Assembly: GCA_010093605.1 (NCBI GenBank)
Contig: MU004186.1
Coordinates: 972,616 to 1,036,615 of the forward strand
Origin: Lophium mytilinum
Taxonomy: Eukaryota
Length of the DNA: 64,000 nucleotides
Reading direction: 5' to 3'
Positions within the stretch are counted from its first letter, which is position 1; each line of letters starts with the position of its first letter. Below the pieces are notes generated by a model. The model was given only the letters and a program-made list of their open reading frames with translations. It was not told where the DNA came from and did not search any database. The translations under genes and the position numbers were made by a program. Below, one piece after another: positions 62,437-64,000 of the stretch.

Positions 62437-64000
62437 ATGTTGCTTCCACGATTTGGGGCCTCTTTGGCTCGTCCGGCACGCTGCCAGAGCCTCCAATGGC
62501 GGCAAATGTATGTCTATCGCTGCAATTGCCTCCAAATTCCCAGAGAAACTCATTAATGTGTTTGCAGGCGGACATTGTCGAGCTCATCACCCCTCCGAAA
62601 ACTATCCGACGATGAAATCAACAGCATCAGCAAGCACATTACCCAGCCAAAGTCCCAGGGAGCTTCGCAAGCCATGTTATACGCGACTGGAATGAATGAC
62701 GAGGACCTGAACAAGGCCCAAGTTGGGGTATCATCGGTGTGGTATTCAGGAAATCCCTGTAATATGCACTTGATGCAATTGAACAATAAAGTCACTGAGG
62801 GGGTGGAAAGGGCGGGGCTCAAGGGGATGCAATTCAACACCATTGGTGTGAGTGACGGCATCTCAATGGGAACCAAGGGAATGCGCTATTCCCTCCAGTC
62901 CCGAGATCTTATTGCAGACTCGATTGAGACTGTAATGGGTGGACAATGGTATGATGCGAATATCTCCATTCCTGGATGCGACAAGAACATGCCCGGAGTT
63001 ATAATGGCAATGGGTAGAGTGAATCGGCCATCCCTAATGGTGTATGGAGGTACCATCCAGCCTGGATGCGGAAAGGTCCAGGGCAATTCCTCGATCGACA
63101 TTGTGTCGGCTTTCCAGGCCTATGGTCAGTTCATTACCGGAGAAATAACCGAAGAAAAGAGGAACGATATCATCCACCATGCTTGCCCCGGGCAAGGTGC
63201 CTGCGGAGGCATGTACACCGCCAATACCATGGCCACGGCAATTGAAGTCCTGGGCATGTCTCTTCCGGGATCTTCGTCCAACCCCGCAGACTCAAAGGCT
63301 AAGCAACTAGAGTGCCTTGCTGCTGGTGGCGCAATCAAGAATCTCCTCCGAGAGGACATTCGGCCCAGCGATATTCTTACTCGCCAGGCATTCGAAGATG
63401 CCATGGTCCTTGTCAACATCACTGGAGGTTCAACAAATGCCGTCCTCCATCTGATAGCTATAGCGGATTCTGTTGGCGTCAAGCTCACAATTGACGACTT
63501 CCAAAGTGTTAGCGACAGAATTCCGCTACTCGCAGATCTTAAACCATCCGGGAAGTACGTCATGGCGGATATTTTCGACATTGGTGGAACGCCGGCGCTT
63601 CTGAAATTCCTCCTGAAAGAAGGCCTATTAGACGGAAGCCGTATCACCGTCACTGGAAAGACATTGAAAGAGAATTTGGAAAAGGCTCCAGAGTTCCCAG
63701 CCGACCAACAAATCATCCGACCCCTCAGCAACCCGCTCAAGGAGACTGGCCACATTCAGATTCTCCGCGGTAACCTCGCACCAGGCGGATGTGTTGGGAA
63801 GATCACCGGAAAGGAAGGCCTCCGCTTCGTCGGCAAAGCCAAGGTTTACGATGCCGAAGACGACTTCATCACCGCACTCGAACAGGGTGAGATCAAAAAG
63901 GGCGAGAAGACCGTCGTTGTCATCCGCTACGAGGGTCCAAAGGGCGGCCCGGGCATGCCCGAGATGCTGAAGCCCAGCTCCGCCATCATGGGAGCTGGTC
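62437..64000 (+). CDS. ILV3: Dihydroxy-acid dehydratase, mitochondrial; runs off the right edge
   Basis: Arg-rich presequence; intron ~62508-62567; [63 protein letters not shown]. Confidence 0.97.

Noticed and set aside
63126..63755. 209-aa minus-strand ORF, and similar antisense ORFs at 39168-39890, 20203-20775 and 41932-42588
   Set aside because: Shadow frames opposite strongly codon-biased real genes.
1..64000. Starship or other giant mobile element
   Set aside because: Some cargo-like genes are present, but no tyrosine-recombinase captain gene or element boundary was seen, and the conserved housekeeping gene ILV3 is in the window.

Overview
Intron-containing ascomycete (filamentous fungus) genomic DNA with about 25 genes or gene relics and no rRNA, tRNA or CRISPR array detected. 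The backbone is secreted and metabolic genes: P450, SDR, beta-lactamase-fold hydrolase, acyl-CoA ligase, GMC oxidoreductase, S10 carboxypeptidase, desaturase, copper amine oxidase, fasciclin, GH27, amino-acid permease, carboxylesterase, alginate-lyase-like protein and ILV3. Several conflict- or immunity-type loci are interspersed. (1) A head-to-head pair at 26982-31524: a HeLo-like/SesA-type helical protein ending in two HET-s-like amyloid pseudo-repeats (Q-x-I-G-N-V...V-G), and a NACHT NLR whose hidden first exon carries one copy of the same motif and whose C-terminus has a degenerate HET domain plus a hydrophobic tail. Both genes are disrupted. (2) A head-to-head pair at 14407-18777: an atypical HSPA12-like Hsp70 and a coiled-coil protein with a GrpE-like tail, enclosed by a perfect 50-bp direct repeat. 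(3) A signal-peptide-less MACPF-like gene with a hAT-type MITE (8-bp TSD) about 200 bp upstream. (4) A separate HET-domain pseudogene and a DEDDy exonuclease lacking catalytic acids. Four otherwise intact genes each carry one 1-nt deletion, which may be assembly error. All family calls come from motifs read by eye; no database searches were run.
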